Assembly: GCA_951406725.2 (NCBI GenBank)
Contig: OX597822.1
Coordinates: 95,046,001 to 95,110,000 of the forward strand
Reading direction: 5' to 3'
Origin: Octopus vulgaris
Taxonomy: Eukaryota
DNA length: 64,000 nucleotides
In this document: positions 1 to 11,805 of the stretch, one piece after another
How the letters are laid out: the number at the start of each line of letters is the position of its first letter
Numbering within the stretch: position 1 is the stretch's first letter
The notes under the pieces: generated by a model
What the model was told of the DNA's origin: nothing
Databases searched by the model: none
Seen by the model: the letters and a program-made list of their open reading frames with translations, nothing else
Translations under genes and position numbers: made by a program

Positions 1-726
1 AATTAATAATAATGCTTTTACATATTCAACATAGGTAGTTGTTAGAATGTTGGATAGTATGCCTCATGCTTTTTGTTCCAACTTCCCGTACTCTGAGTTC
101 AAATCCTGCCGAGGTCAACTAGACCATTCTTCTTTTCTGGGTTGATCAAATAAATACTACTCTTAAGCAGTAGGTTGGCAGAACTTTTGAAGGTTGAGAT
201 GATTTGCAGTATCTCTTTTAGCTCTTTGTGTTCTGACAACAACGTCTGTGATGATGCTTGTGCCAAACTGTATTGGCCCTGAGTCTCCATTCTACTGATG
301 TTTTTTTTTAATCAATATCTTTTCTTCAGCTAACCCTTTTAGCATTTAAACCAGCCATATCTGGTTAAAATTTTCTACTTGTTGTAAGACCAAACTGGCC
401 TAACCTGGCCACATCCCTACTCTCATTGTAATAATGGTTTCATATTTTGGCGCTTAAACTCCAGTGCTCAACTGGTACTTATTTTATTGATGAAAGGCCA
501 AGTTGACTTCAGCAGAATTTGAGTTCAGAACATACGAATGAATGAAATGTTGCTAAGCATTTTGCCTGGTGTGCTAACTATTCTACCAGCTCTGAAATCT
601 GGAAGCTACAAGATAGTGCATGATTAATCCAAAGTGATGTGAATGAATAAGCATTACATTTGACTGAGTAATCTGAATGTGAAAAGGGTCAAACATCAGT
701 GGTATGGCGAGGTGAGATTTGCATGT

Positions 727-1622
727 ATGGGGAACTGCCATTCTTCAAAAATCTTGTCCAGGCCTGAGCACCCATGGGGGACTGCCATTCTTCAAAAATC
801 TTGTCCAAGCCTGAGCACTCATGGGGGACTGCCATTCTTCAAAAATCTTGTCCAGGCCTGAGCATACATGGGGGATTGCCATTCTTCAAAAATCTTGTCC
901 AGGCCTGAGCACCCATGGGGGACTGCCATTCTTCAAAAATCTTGTCCAGGCCTGAGCACCCATGGGGGACTGCCATTCTTCAAAAATCTTGTCCAGGCCT
1001 GAGCACCCATGGGGGATTGCCATTCTTCAAAAATCTTGTCCAGGCCTGAGCATACATGGGGGACTGCCATTCTTCAAAAATCTTGTCCATGCCTGAGCAC
1101 CCATGGGGGACTGCCATTCTTCAAAAATCTTGTCCAAGCCTGAGCACCCATGGGGGACTGCCATTCTTCAAAAATCTTGTCCAGGCCTGAGCATACATGT
1201 GGAATTGCCATTCTTCAAAAATTTTGTCCAGGCCTGAGTGCCCATGGAGGACTGTCATTCTTCAAAAATCTTGTCCAGGCCTGAGCACCCATGTGGGACT
1301 GCCATTCTTCAAAAATCTTGTCCAAGCCTGAGCGCTCATGGGGGACTGCCATTCTTAAAAAATCCTGTCCAAGTCTGAGCACCCATGGGGGACTGCCATT
1401 CTTAAAAAATCTTGTCCAAGCCTGAGCGCTCATGGGGGACTGCCATTCTTCAAAAATCTTGTCCAAGTCTGAGCACCCATGGGGGACTGCCATTCTTAAA
1501 AAATCTTGTCCAGGCCTGAGCGCTCATGGGGGACTGCCATTCTTCAAAAATCTTGTCCATGCCTGAGCGCCCATGGGGGACTGCCATTCTTCAAAAATCT
1601 TGTCCAGGCCTGAGCATACATG
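727..1622. repeat. 47-bp minisatellite, ~19 copies (intronic)
   Basis: Unit GGGGGACTGCCATTCTTCAAAAATCTTGTCCAGGCCTGAGCACCCAT; ACTGCC recurs at 734 and 781 (period 47); few substitutions. Confidence 0.97.
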
Positions 1623-1782
1623 TGCAGACACATAGTGAAGTTTAACTGACAGGTGCTCTATATAACTACCCACATGTGGTGAGGAAATGTTATTTTAAGA
1701 TATGCCTTCTTTCTAAATAAATATAAGTCTAATAAATATGAACAAACATTTATGAGATTTTTCTTTTCTTTTCTTTTTTTAG

Positions 1783-2007
1783 GCAGCCGATGCATTGCCC
1801 GGATGCATATGTAACCGGAGTCCAAAGCGTGTCTTGTGTCCTGTGTGTGGTTACAACATTCAAGGCCGAGTGAGGCAGACCTGTGCCTGGCATCCAAATG
1901 TTGTCCACTTGATGGACTTGGGAGCATGTCCGAACTGTAAAGCCAATTGTCTGCGTGAAATAGAACCACATCGTAAAAACAGGAATACAGCCTCACAGCA
2001 ACAGTAG
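1783..2007 (+). CDS. Terminal coding exon of a host gene; Cys/His-rich putative zinc-binding domain resembling the uncharacterised CG13380-like invertebrate proteins
   Basis: Polypyrimidine tract + AG at 1781-1782; phase-0 frame AADALPGCICNRSPKRVLCPVCGYNIQGRVRQTCAWHPNVVHLMDLGACPNCKANCLREIEPHRKNRNTASQQQ-stop; motif CxCxR..CxxC..GR..CxxHP..LMD..CPxC; non-repetitive sequence. Family name is from recall, not a search. Confidence 0.8.
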   Translation, partial: AADALPGCICNRSPKRVLCPVCGYNIQGRVRQTCAWHPNVVHLMDLGACPNCKANCLREIEPHRKNRNTASQQQ

Positions 2008-2524
2008 TTGCATTTCAGCCATCCATCCATCCATCCATCCAGATAGAATGGTGATGGTCACAGGAAAAAAATTTATTGAACTGTTTTGAAATATCAATAT
2101 TTCTTGTTTCTTCTGTTCTTGCATTGTCACTTTACTCACTTCCTCTTACTCTCTTACTTACTCTCTCTCACCCCCATCTCTCTTCTTACTCTTACTCCCT
2201 TTACTCTCTCTCTCACTACCTCTGTATCCCCTCCTGGTTACTGTCTCAAAATCTCCCATGCTTTTCTCTTTCTCTTCGCCTCTTACTTCAACTGCAGTTG
2301 AAATGAAAAAGAAACCAACGGACCAACCAACCAACCCACAACTGATGGTGCTATAGAGGAAAGTGGTGGAGAGTCTTTTATTGTTACTAATGAATTGAGC
2401 CTGTGATGTAATGAGGCATCGAGGTGGAGGAAGGATGTGGAGGAGGAGGAGGAGAAAGAAGAGGAGAAACAGCTACATTAAGACATCAGATAGGTGACTT
2501 GATTGTAAAAATGACACAGCTTAA

Positions 2525-3171
2525 CCCATTTGAGACCATATTTTTCTGACAAGAATATATACTGCCATTGTTTAAATCATCAAAATATTTAAGTTTTATG
2601 GAAGATTTTAGTGCAATAACTCTTAACTTGATAAGACAAATGGCTAATAAAGTTTAAATTCATCTTTTGTGTAAGAAATTTCAGTCCAAAATTCTAGTTT
2701 AACCCTTTAGTGTTCAGATTACTCTGTTAAATGTAATACTTTTTCACTCAAATTGTTTCGAATTAATCATGCATTATCATAGCTTTGAGGTTTCAGTGAT
2801 GTGATTGTTCATTTTCAGAATGGCATTGTAGGTTAGGTGTGAGAGGTTAGATATGGCCAGTTTGAATATAAAACACATAGAATATATTGGGCCAGATTTG
2901 GCCGGTTTAAACACTAAAGGGTTAAACCGGCTGTATCCGGCCCAAATATTCTACACATTTTATGCTCAAACTGGCCAGGACCAGCATCTCACACCTACCC
3001 TGCAATGCCATTCTTAAAATAAGCAATTTCATCTTTCCTATCTTGAAGCTACAAAATAATATCAGATAATTTTTTTTAAATGTGAATAAATAAAGGATTA
3101 TTTTTTGCCAAATTAATATGAATGCTAAAGGGTTAATTAAACATAGGTTGGCTTTTTTTTTTTTCAATGGG
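2525..3171. mobile_element. Nested piggyBac-type MITEs (outer CCCATT..AATGGG; inner 2703-2921 and inverted partial 2926-3132)
   Basis: TTAA|CCCATT ... AATGGG|TTAA outer ends; inner TTAA|CCCTTTAG ... CTAAAGGG|TTAA; related copies at ~333-430 and 7421-7617. Confidence 0.7.
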
Positions 3172-3561
3172 TTAATTGTTGGAATGTGATACCTTCTTTC
3201 TTTCTCTCTCTCTCTCCTGCTTTCTTTCTTCCTCTTTCTCGCTGTCTTTCTTTCTTTGTGATGTGTTTTTGGTATTGGGTTGTGTTTGTGAAGGAATAAA
3301 AATGGAAAAAAAAAAGGAAAAAGTAATTCTTCACCTCAGTGCCAATACAAGCAGCAGCAGCCTAGAAGTAATCCAATTAGCAAACAGATCCACATATACA
3401 TATACCTACATACACATAAGGGGAAGGTTTACGAAAATAAACAAAAGATGAAGGCAGGTGGAGTACGTATCCACACAAAGATGCAAGCAAGCCTTCATAT
3501 GAATATCTAAGAATTCATATGTACATGTATGCATTCACATCAGTACATGCATGTGCGTGTG

Positions 3562-3593
<32 letters not shown>

Positions 3594-3668
3594 ACCTGCA
3601 TGAGAATATATATCTAAGCTGTGCACCATACATAATTTACCATGCACATAAAAATCAAGACATGCATA

Positions 3669-4087
3669 GGCGCAGAAGTGGCTGTGTGGTAAGTAGCTTG
3701 CTAACCAACCACATGGTTTCGGGTTCAGTCCCACTGCGTGGCACCTTGGGCAAGTGTCTTCTGCTATAGCCCCGGGCTGACCAATGCCTTGTGAGTGGAT
3801 TTTGGTAGACAGAAACTGAAAGAAGCCTGTCGTATATATGTATATATGTATGTATGTATGTATGTATGTGTTTGTGTGTCTGTGTTTGTCCCCCTAGCAT
3901 TGCTTGACAACCGATGCTGGTGTGTTTATGTCCCCCGTCACTTAGCGGTTCGGCAAAAAAAAGAGACCGATAGAATAAGTACTGGGCTTACAAAGAATAA
4001 GTCCCGGGGTCGATTTGCCCGACTAAAGGCGGTGCTCCAGCATGGCCGCAGTCAAATGACTGAAACAAGTAAAAGAGATAAAAGAGT
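3669..4087 (+). mobile_element. tRNA-derived SINE family A
   Basis: Head GTGGCTGTGTGGTAAG (A-box) and GGTTCAGTCCC (B-box), CORE-like CCTTGGGCAAGT, internal TA/TG microsatellite, tail CCAGCATGGCCGCAGTCAAATGACTGAAAC; >10 copies in the window. Confidence 0.93.
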
Positions 4088-4763
4088 ATATGCATCTAAA
4101 GACTGTGCAGACTTGCATACAGTTGATATTCTTGTATGTAAAGTTTAATACATGCTAGCATATTTACTTTTGTTACCAACATGCACTCTCACACACACAC
4201 ACACACACACACTTTTGTGCGTACACTCTTGCACGTTTGCACACTTGCACTCACACGTGCACATTAGCACATGCACTCACTTGAATATGCACACACATGC
4301 ACATAGATATGCTCTTGCACTCGTGCATATATATAAAAATATACCTACTTTCACATACACATACATACATACAGACATAAACATACAACCTTTGTCAATA
4401 TTTAAGCAGAAACCTTAAAAATATGTGTGCAAACAAAATACACACATACATATATTCTACACATACACATACACTTTTACATACATACACACACACACAC
4501 ACACACAGTGATTATTTGCTGCTGAAATTGATTTTTATATTTTTTAATTTTCTAGCCAGGTTGGCTACACTTGTGTTCGTTTGATACTGATATTATACAT
4601 ACATGAATGTATATATATAATGTATCTGTTTTCTTTTTTTTTTTTTTTTGAATTGATATAAGTATTAATTTATCAATATAAATACAAGAAAACTGTATAT
4701 AAACATAACTTATATATATATATTCAGGTTTGTTGTTTTTTTCGTTTTTGTTTTATGTTCCTT

Positions 4764-5677
4764 AAGAAATTTTATTTTTATATTTGAATATAATTATATT
4801 CAACTGAAGAAATTTTATTTTTATATTTGAATACAATTATATTCAACTGAAGAAATTTTATTTTTATATTTGAATATAATTATATTCAACTGAAGAAATT
4901 TTATTTTTATATTTGAATATAATTATATTCAACTGAAGAAATTTTATTTTTATATTTGAATACAATTATATTCAACTGAAGAAATTTTATTTTTATATTT
5001 GAATACAATTATATTCAACTGAAGAAATTTTATTTTTATATTTGAATATAATTATATTCAACTGAAGAAATTTTATTTTTATATTTGAATATAATTATAT
5101 TCAACTGAAGAAATTTTATTTTTATATTTGAATATAATTATATTCAACTGAAGAAATTTTATTTTTATATTTGAATATAATTATATTCAACTGAAGAAAT
5201 TTTATTTTTATATTTGAATATAATTATATTCAACTGAAGAAATTTTATTTTTATATTTGAATATAATTATATTCAACTGAAGAAATTTTATTTTTATATT
5301 TGAATATAATTATATTCAACTGAAGAAATTTTATTTTTATATTTGAATATAATTATATTCAACTGAAGAAATTTTATTTTTATATTTGAATATAATTATA
5401 TTCAACTGAAGAAATTTTATTTTTATATTTGAATATAATTATATTCAACTGAAGAAATTTTATTTTTATATTTGAATATAATTATATTCAACTGAAGAAA
5501 TTTTATTTTTATATTTGAATATAATTATATTCAACTGAAGAAATTTTATTTTTATATTTGAATATAATTATATTCAACTGAAGAAATTTTATTTTTATAT
5601 TTGAATATAATTATATTCAACTGAAGAAATTTTATTTTTATATTTGAATATAATTATATTCAACTGAAGAAATTTTA
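4764..5677. repeat. 43-bp AT-rich minisatellite, ~21 near-identical copies, each with a 20-bp palindrome
   Basis: Unit GAAGAAATTTTATTTTTATATTTGAATATAATTATATTCAACT containing TTGAATATAA|TTATATTCAA. Confidence 0.97.
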
Positions 5678-5910
5678 ATTTTAAAATTGTTTTGTTTAAC
5701 ATGGGTTTGCAGGTAAGTGTAGCCTAGATGAGAGGAAATTGGGTTAGGATTTTCATGACTGGACTCTTTTGTCACCAACCCATAGCTATTTTTATGGGAT
5801 AGGACGTTTTTGGTTCTTGAGGAATTTGAAGGCATAGAGCTTGCAGATGATTTATTGACAGAAAATATCAACAAAAAGTCATCAGTTGTAGCTTAACCAC
5901 AAACGCTGTT

Positions 5911-5945
<35 letters not shown>

Positions 5946-6680
5946 ATGGCGAGAATGGATGAAGATAGTTGTGTGAAAAAGTGCCACACCCTAGTGGTTG
6001 AGGGAACCTGTAAAAGAGGAAGACCCAGGAAAACCTGGGACGATGTGGTGAAGCACGACCTTCGAACTTTAGGTCTCACCGAGGAAATGACTAGATACCG
6101 AGACCTTTGGAAGTATGCTGTGCGTGAGAAGACCCAGCAGGACAAGTGAGACCATAACCTGTGGCCTCTACCTGGGATGTAGCCAGTCCACTTATGCATA
6201 CCTTTCCTTCTTGGGACACAAAACTCTACTTGTGAAGACCTGTTGAGGCAAGTGAAGATTAAAATCGAAATCGATTAACATCAATGGAAATTGTAGCTGT
6301 GATACCAGTACCGGTGGCACGTAAGAGAACCATCCGAACGTGGCTGTTGCCCCGACTAGCCTACGTGCCAGTGGCATGTAAAAAGCACCATCCGATCGTG
6401 GCCGTTGCTAGCCTGGCCTGGCCTCCGTGCCGGTGGCACGTAAAAAGCACCATCCGATCATGGCCTTTTGCCAGCCTCGTCTGGCACCTGTGCCGGTGGC
6501 ACGTAAAAAGCACCCACTACACTCACAGTGAGTTGGTGTTAGGAAGGGCATCCAGCCATAGAAACATTGCCAGATCAGACTGGGCCTGGTGCAGCCTTCT
6601 GGTTTCCCAGACCCCAGTTGAACCGTCCAACCCATGCTAGCATGGAAAGCGGACGCTAAGTGATGGGGATGATGCTGATA
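5946..6680 (+). mobile_element. RTE-clade LINE 3' fragment with its 3' UTR/SINE-like tail (second tail copy at 7112-7316)
   Basis: MARMDEDSCVKKCHTLVVEGTCKRGRPRKTWDDVVKHDL...RDLWKYAV is a typical RTE ORF C-terminus. Confidence 0.85.
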
Positions 6681-6716
6681 TTCTTTTATTTGTTTGTCAT
6701 TTGACTGCGGCCATGG

Positions 6717-7110
6717 TTGCGGAACTTTCCAGAGGGAATCGCAGTCTTTCAGGATGATAATGCGCCAATTTACACGGCTAAAGTTATTACTGAATGGCAT
6801 GAGGAACATTCTGGTGAAGTTGAACATCTTATCTGGCCTCCACAGTCCCCAGATCTCAATATTCTTAAACATTTATCGTGCATTTTAGAAAAAACAAGTA
6901 AGGAGTTGTCTTCTATTATCACTACAAGAACTGTAGGTTGTTTTAGGTGAAGAATGGACAAAAATTCCTCTGCAAACAATTCAAACTTTTGTACGAGCCC
7001 ATACCTCTTAGAATTCAAGCTGTAATTACTACCAAAGGCTGCCTGACCCAATATTAAAATAAATTTGTAAGAAATTTTAAGGTGTTTCCATTATTTTGTC
7101 CGCCCCCTGT
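6717..7110 (+). mobile_element. Tc1-family transposase 3' fragment with right terminus
   Basis: FQDDNAPIYTAK...WPPQSPDLNI catalytic-domain motifs; frameshifted; ends ...CCCCTG|TA. Confidence 0.85.
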
Positions 7111-7642
7111 ATCGATCAACATCAATGAAAAAGCACCATCCGATCGTGGCCGTTTGCCAGCCTCGTCTGGCACGTAAAAAGCACCCCCTACTCTCACGGA
7201 GTGGTTGGCGTTAGGAAGGGCATCCAGCCATAGAAACATTGCCAGATCAGACTGGGCCTGGTGCAGCCTTCTGGCTTTTCAGATCCCAGTTGAACCATTC
7301 AACCCATGCTAGCATAGACAAATAAAGATGGTCAGAGGAGTAAGTGTAGGGAATGACTTTTTTCAGGGTCTAAGGACATCCATAAGCCAGGTGGTGTTGT
7401 ATATTTGGTTAGGGGTCAATCCTTAGCATTCACATTATTCTGTCAAAAGTAATGCTAATTTATTCACATTGTTTTGAATCAATCATGAGATTTTGATGAG
7501 GTAACTTAATTTATTGGAATGGCATTATAGAGTTGGTGTGAGGCCAAATCAGGCCACTTCGTACATAAAACGGATAGAATATTTTGGCTGGACCTGGTTG
7601 GTTTAAATGCTAAAGGGTTAAGTCGACCACACAATAAGAATA

Positions 7643-7876
7643 TATTTCTTTACTGCCCACAAGGGGCTAAACATAGAGGGGACAAACAAGGACAGAGAAA
7701 GGGATTAAGTCGATTACATCGACCCCAGTGCGAAACTGATACTTTATTTAATCGACCCCGAAAGGATGAAAGGCAAAGTCGCCCTCGGCGGAAATTGAAC
7801 TCAGAACGTACCGGCAGACGAAATACCGCTAAGCATTTCGCCCGGCGTGCTAACGTTTCTGCCAGCTCTCCGCCTT
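7643..7876 (-). mobile_element. tRNA-derived SINE family C (Meta-like central domain)
   Basis: Reverse complement of GAGCTGGCAGAAACGTTAGC...GCCTTTCATCCTTTCGGGGTCGAT; TSD CACAATAAGAATA on both sides. Confidence 0.92.
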
Positions 7877-8324
7877 CCCACAATAAGAATAGTCTCATTG
7901 ACAAATTTGTACGTTGATCATAAGTTCGTCGCAAGATAAAAGATGAGTTGCCCCCCTTGATACAAATTCATTCGCAAAATCAGCCCCCTTTAATTGTGCT
8001 CAGACTGTTTTTCAATTTTGGTGTATCGTAAATTAAAGAATATGATGTTATTTGGAATTATATTTTGGAAAATTCGGGTAATTTTAGCCAGTCACCAGAC
8101 AGCGAGGCATTAACAGTTTGTTATCATAACAACCGTATGTGTTGTTTCAATTCACCCGCACGTTGTTGTTCACACTACGAGATCCAATTTGTGTTTTGTT
8201 TTAATAAAAAAATTTCCTCCAACCGCTAATATTGCAAGACAGGCGATGACTTCGGCATCGGTGACAATGCATTATCATCGAAACTAGATGAAATTTCTGC
8301 AATTAAAGACCGCGCAGAAGTTTG

Positions 8325-8328
<4 letters not shown>

Positions 8329-8361
<33 letters not shown>

Positions 8362-8686
8362 AATTATTGTATACAGTGCTCAGGTGCACCACAACTTGTC
8401 AGAAAGTGCATATAAAGTACATGCAGTAATGTAGAAATGTCTGGAAAGCGAACAATGTATGAGTCAGATACATGCCTATGGAGGGGAGAAAATCAGGTGT
8501 AGTGTTGGCGAATCTCAGAAAGCATGGAAGTTTTGAAGGATGCAGTGGTCCGACAACTAACAACTGATGCCGGCAGTTTGTTCCATGCTTCAGCAACTCT
8601 CAGCGTGAAAAAATGTTTCCTGAAGTCATGGGAGCTGTGCTGTTTTCTTACTTTGTAAATATGTCCACGGGTGTTAGATGGGTGGC
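8329..8686 (-). mobile_element. CR1-like LINE 3' end with (ATT)n tail
   Basis: Minus strand encodes NTRGHIYKVRKQHSSHDFRKHFFTLRVAEAWNKLPASVV, a typical CR1/L2 ORF2 terminus. Confidence 0.8.
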
Positions 8687-8828
8687 TAGTGATTTAAATT
8701 TCATTTTTGCAATGTAAACTTTTGGTTTTGAAGGATGAGAAGGATGGCAATGCTCGCCGAATGATTTAAATATAGATAAATTATCCTTTTCCAGCACGAT
8801 ATGCACTCTTGCTTTACATTCTCGGATC

Positions 8829-9251
8829 TTTTCGGTTTGACCGGCAGTTTTTTAAAATAATTTCCACGTAACTAAACACTTTTAAACTTCGTATACTGGT
8901 AGAATGTGTTTATAAAACCTCTTTTTCTCTTGGCTTTATTGAGAAAATTCTATAGTTTGTAAGATATGTTTTTTTTTTTTTTTTTTTTTTTTTTCAATTT
9001 CTGAAATTTCAACCAATCAATGACGTCTATTGAGGTGAAAACATTCTGTGCCGTATGAATATGTCCCTCGTTTAAGAAACAGATTGGGTTTATTTACATT
9101 TGTGAAGAAAAAAAAAAGATACCCTTCCCCCCCACCCCTAACCCTAACTCTAAAACAGATTGAAATACAATAGGTCGATAATAGGGTCATAATTATGGGT
9201 GACAATTTCATATGACCCCGCTATAAAAAGAACTGCCGTTCAAACCGAAAA
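8829..9251. mobile_element. MITE, ~420 bp with ~24-bp terminal inverted repeats
   Basis: TTTTCGGTTTGACCGGCAGTT ... AACTGCCGTTCAAACCGAAAA. Confidence 0.8.
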
Positions 9252-9607
9252 TAACCCAATATACTTTTTCACCGTATTTTCTATCTATCCTATGAGCAAA
9301 GTTAAGATCAACTAATTTCACCCCACCTTTACTGGTTCCTACTTGACAGACCATTGTAATAAGTTGACTACACGAAAAATTATTGTCGAATGAATAAAGA
9401 CATTTTAAATTAGTTAAATTAATTTACCCACTTATTGGTTGAAACAATCGTTTACCAAGGGGAGCAACTCTTCTTTTGTCTTGCGGCGAACTTTCCTAGG
9501 CCAAAAATCCCGAGGTGAATTTTCTTGCGGCGAACTTTCCGGATACAGTTGTGTTGAGTGGGACAGATCTTGAAGTCCTGTATTAGTGAAGTGAACTTCT
9601 TAACTAA

Positions 9608-10005
9608 AGGAGTGGCTGTGTGGTAAGTAGCTTTCTAACCAACCACATGGTTCCGGGTTCAGTCCCACTGCGTGGCATCTTGGGCAAGTGTCTTCTGCTA
9701 TAGCCCCGGGCCGACCAATACCTTGTGAGTGGATTTGGTAGACGGAAACTGAAAGAAGCCTGTCGTATATATGTATGTATATATATGTGTGTATGTGTTT
9801 GTGTGTCTGTGCTTGTTCCCCTAGCATTGCTTGACAGCCGATGCTGGTGTGTTTACGTCCCCGTTACGTAGCGGTTCGGCAAAAAAAAGAGACCGATAGA
9901 ATAAGTACTGGGCTTACAAAGAATAAGTCCCGGGGTCGAGTTGCTCGACTAGAGGCGGTGCTCCAGCATGACCGCAGTCAAATGACTGAAACAAGTAAAA
10001 GAGTA
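9608..10005 (+). mobile_element. SINE family A
   Basis: Full-length match to 3669-4087. Confidence 0.93.
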
Positions 10006-10403
10006 AATGGCTATGTCTTCACTGTTCTTGTCTTTGAGTACTCTTAACATTTTAAAGATTACTTATGGAGTATTGGTTTAATGGACATCTGAAGGTTTTG
10101 GAAAGAACTTAATATCGATTGTTAAATGACATTTGGAGACTGAACTTTTTAAAAATATATATTCAGAAATGAGATGATCAAGGTTAAAAGAAAGCTAAGA
10201 TATAAATCCTGTAAGCTGTGAATGTACTGTAGCTATGATATATCCTGTGAGCTTTGGTCGTACAGTGGGTGTAAGATTGTGTGTGTGTATGTATGTATGT
10301 ATGTATATATATATATATATATATTGGTAAAAATGGTAAGATAACAAAAGAAAGAGAGACCTCAATATTATGTAAATAGAGAAAATTTATCTGTAAAATA
10401 ATA

Positions 10404-10504
10404 TGTGACAATTATTCAATAGCCAAGATAAAACTGAGTTTCGGATGCCGAGGTGGAAATCCACGACACCATCTCTTCGGTTATCTGGGCTATTGAATAA
10501 TTGT

Positions 10505-10508
<4 letters not shown>
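10404..10508 (-). ncRNA. Type I hammerhead-like motif with ~28-bp helix I (core variant CCGAAGA)
   Basis: Minus strand: TGTGACAATTATTCAATAGCCCAGATAA-CCGAAGA-helix II (GGTGTCG/CGGCATC with inner GTGGA/TCCAC)-GAAAC-TCA-GTT-TTATCTTGGCTATTGAATAATTGTCACA. Confidence 0.7.
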
Positions 10509-10540
<32 letters not shown>

Positions 10541-10541
<1 letters not shown>

Positions 10542-10708
10542 GGAGGTGCAATGGCCCAGTGGTTAGGGCAGCGGACTCGCGGTCGTAGGATCGCGGTTTC
10601 GATTCCCAGACCGGGCGTCGTGAGTGTTTATTGAGCGAAAACACCTAAAGCTTCACGAGGCTCCGGCAGGGGGTGGTGGCGATCCCTGCTGTACTCTTTC
10701 GCCACAAC
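10541..10708 (+). mobile_element. SINE family B (tRNA-Arg-like head), 3'-truncated
   Basis: TGGCCCAGTGGTTAGGGCAGCGGACTCGCGG...TTCGATTCCC. Confidence 0.9.
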
Positions 10709-10720
10709 TGATGACCTGGT

Positions 10721-10757
<37 letters not shown>

Positions 10758-10961
10758 TCTTTACTCTTTACTCTTTTACTTGTTTCAGTCATTTGACTGC
10801 GGCCATGCTGGAGCACCGCCTTTAGTCGAGCAAATCGACCCCGGGACTTATTCTTTGTAAGCCCAGTACTTATTCTATCGGTCTCTTTTGCCGAACCGCT
10901 AAGTGACGGGGACGTAAATACACCAGCATCGGTTGTCAAGCAATGCTAGGGGGACAAACAC

Positions 10962-11012
<51 letters not shown>

Positions 11013-11150
11013 TATACGACAGGCTTCTTTCAGTTTCCGTCTACCAAATCCACTCATGGCATTGGTCGGCCCGGGGCTATAACAGAAGACACTCGCCCAA
11101 GATGCCATGTGGTTCGAAAGCAGGCTACTTACCACACAGCCACTCTTGCG
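10758..11150 (-). mobile_element. SINE family A
   Basis: Reverse-complement match with a small deletion in the head. Confidence 0.92.
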
Positions 11151-11391
11151 CTTTTATATATATATATATATATATATAAATGTACCCTGTAATATATCCT
11201 GTGATGTATATCCTGTAAACTACGAGTGTTCTGTAGCTGAAACTCTGATCACATGGTGAGTTCAAATCTTATAGCTGTAGATATTTTGTTGGACTTGTAT
11301 GAAAGTACATAACTGTTTGTTCAAGTTTCCCTTGCTACTCCCAACCCCAAATTTGCTTCTTAATGGTAGTGTTTAGTTAGAAGGGTATTTA

Positions 11392-11805
11392 GGCGGCGAG
11401 CTGGCAGAAACGTTAGCACGCCGGGAGAAATGCTTGGCGGTATTTCGTCTGCCGTGTTGTTCTGAGTTCAAATTCCGCCGAGGTCGACTTTGCCTTTCAT
11501 CCTTCCGGGGTCGATTAAATAAGTACCAGTTACGCACTGGGGTCGATATAATCGACTTGGTCCGTTTGTCTGTCGTTGTTTGTCCTCTCTGTGTTTAGCC
11601 CCTTGTGGGTAGTAAAGAAATAGGTATTTCGTCTGCCGTTACGTTGTGAGTTCAAATTCCGCCGAGGTCGACTTTGCCTTTCAGACTTTCGGGGTCGATA
11701 AATTAAGTACCAGTTACGCACTGGGGTCGATGTAATCGAATTAATCTCTTTATCTGTCCTTGTTTATCCCCTCTGTGTTTAGCCCCTTGTGGGTAATAAA
11801 GAAAT
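11392..11805 (+). mobile_element. SINE family C, partial tandem dimer
   Basis: Full copy followed by a 5'-truncated copy from ~11622; flanked by GGGTATTTAG. Confidence 0.9.

Larger units (their letters stand above)
7922..9540. mobile_element. Non-autonomous DNA transposon with inverted termini, carrying nested insertions
   Basis: AAGTTCGTCGCAAGATAAAAGATGAGTTGCCCCCCTT (7922) is inverted relative to AAGGGGAGCAACTCTTCTTTTGTCTTGCGGCGAACTT (~9457-9493); the motif is partly repeated at ~9520. Confidence 0.6.

Noticed and set aside
4764-5677. Tandem minimal hammerheads (each unit has CTGAAGA and GAA plus a palindrome)
   Set aside because: GAAT instead of GAAA, no UH triplet in register, and no helix I complementarity.
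5700-5720. Consensus splice donor CAG|GTAAGT
   Set aside because: No credible upstream exon; it abuts the minisatellite.
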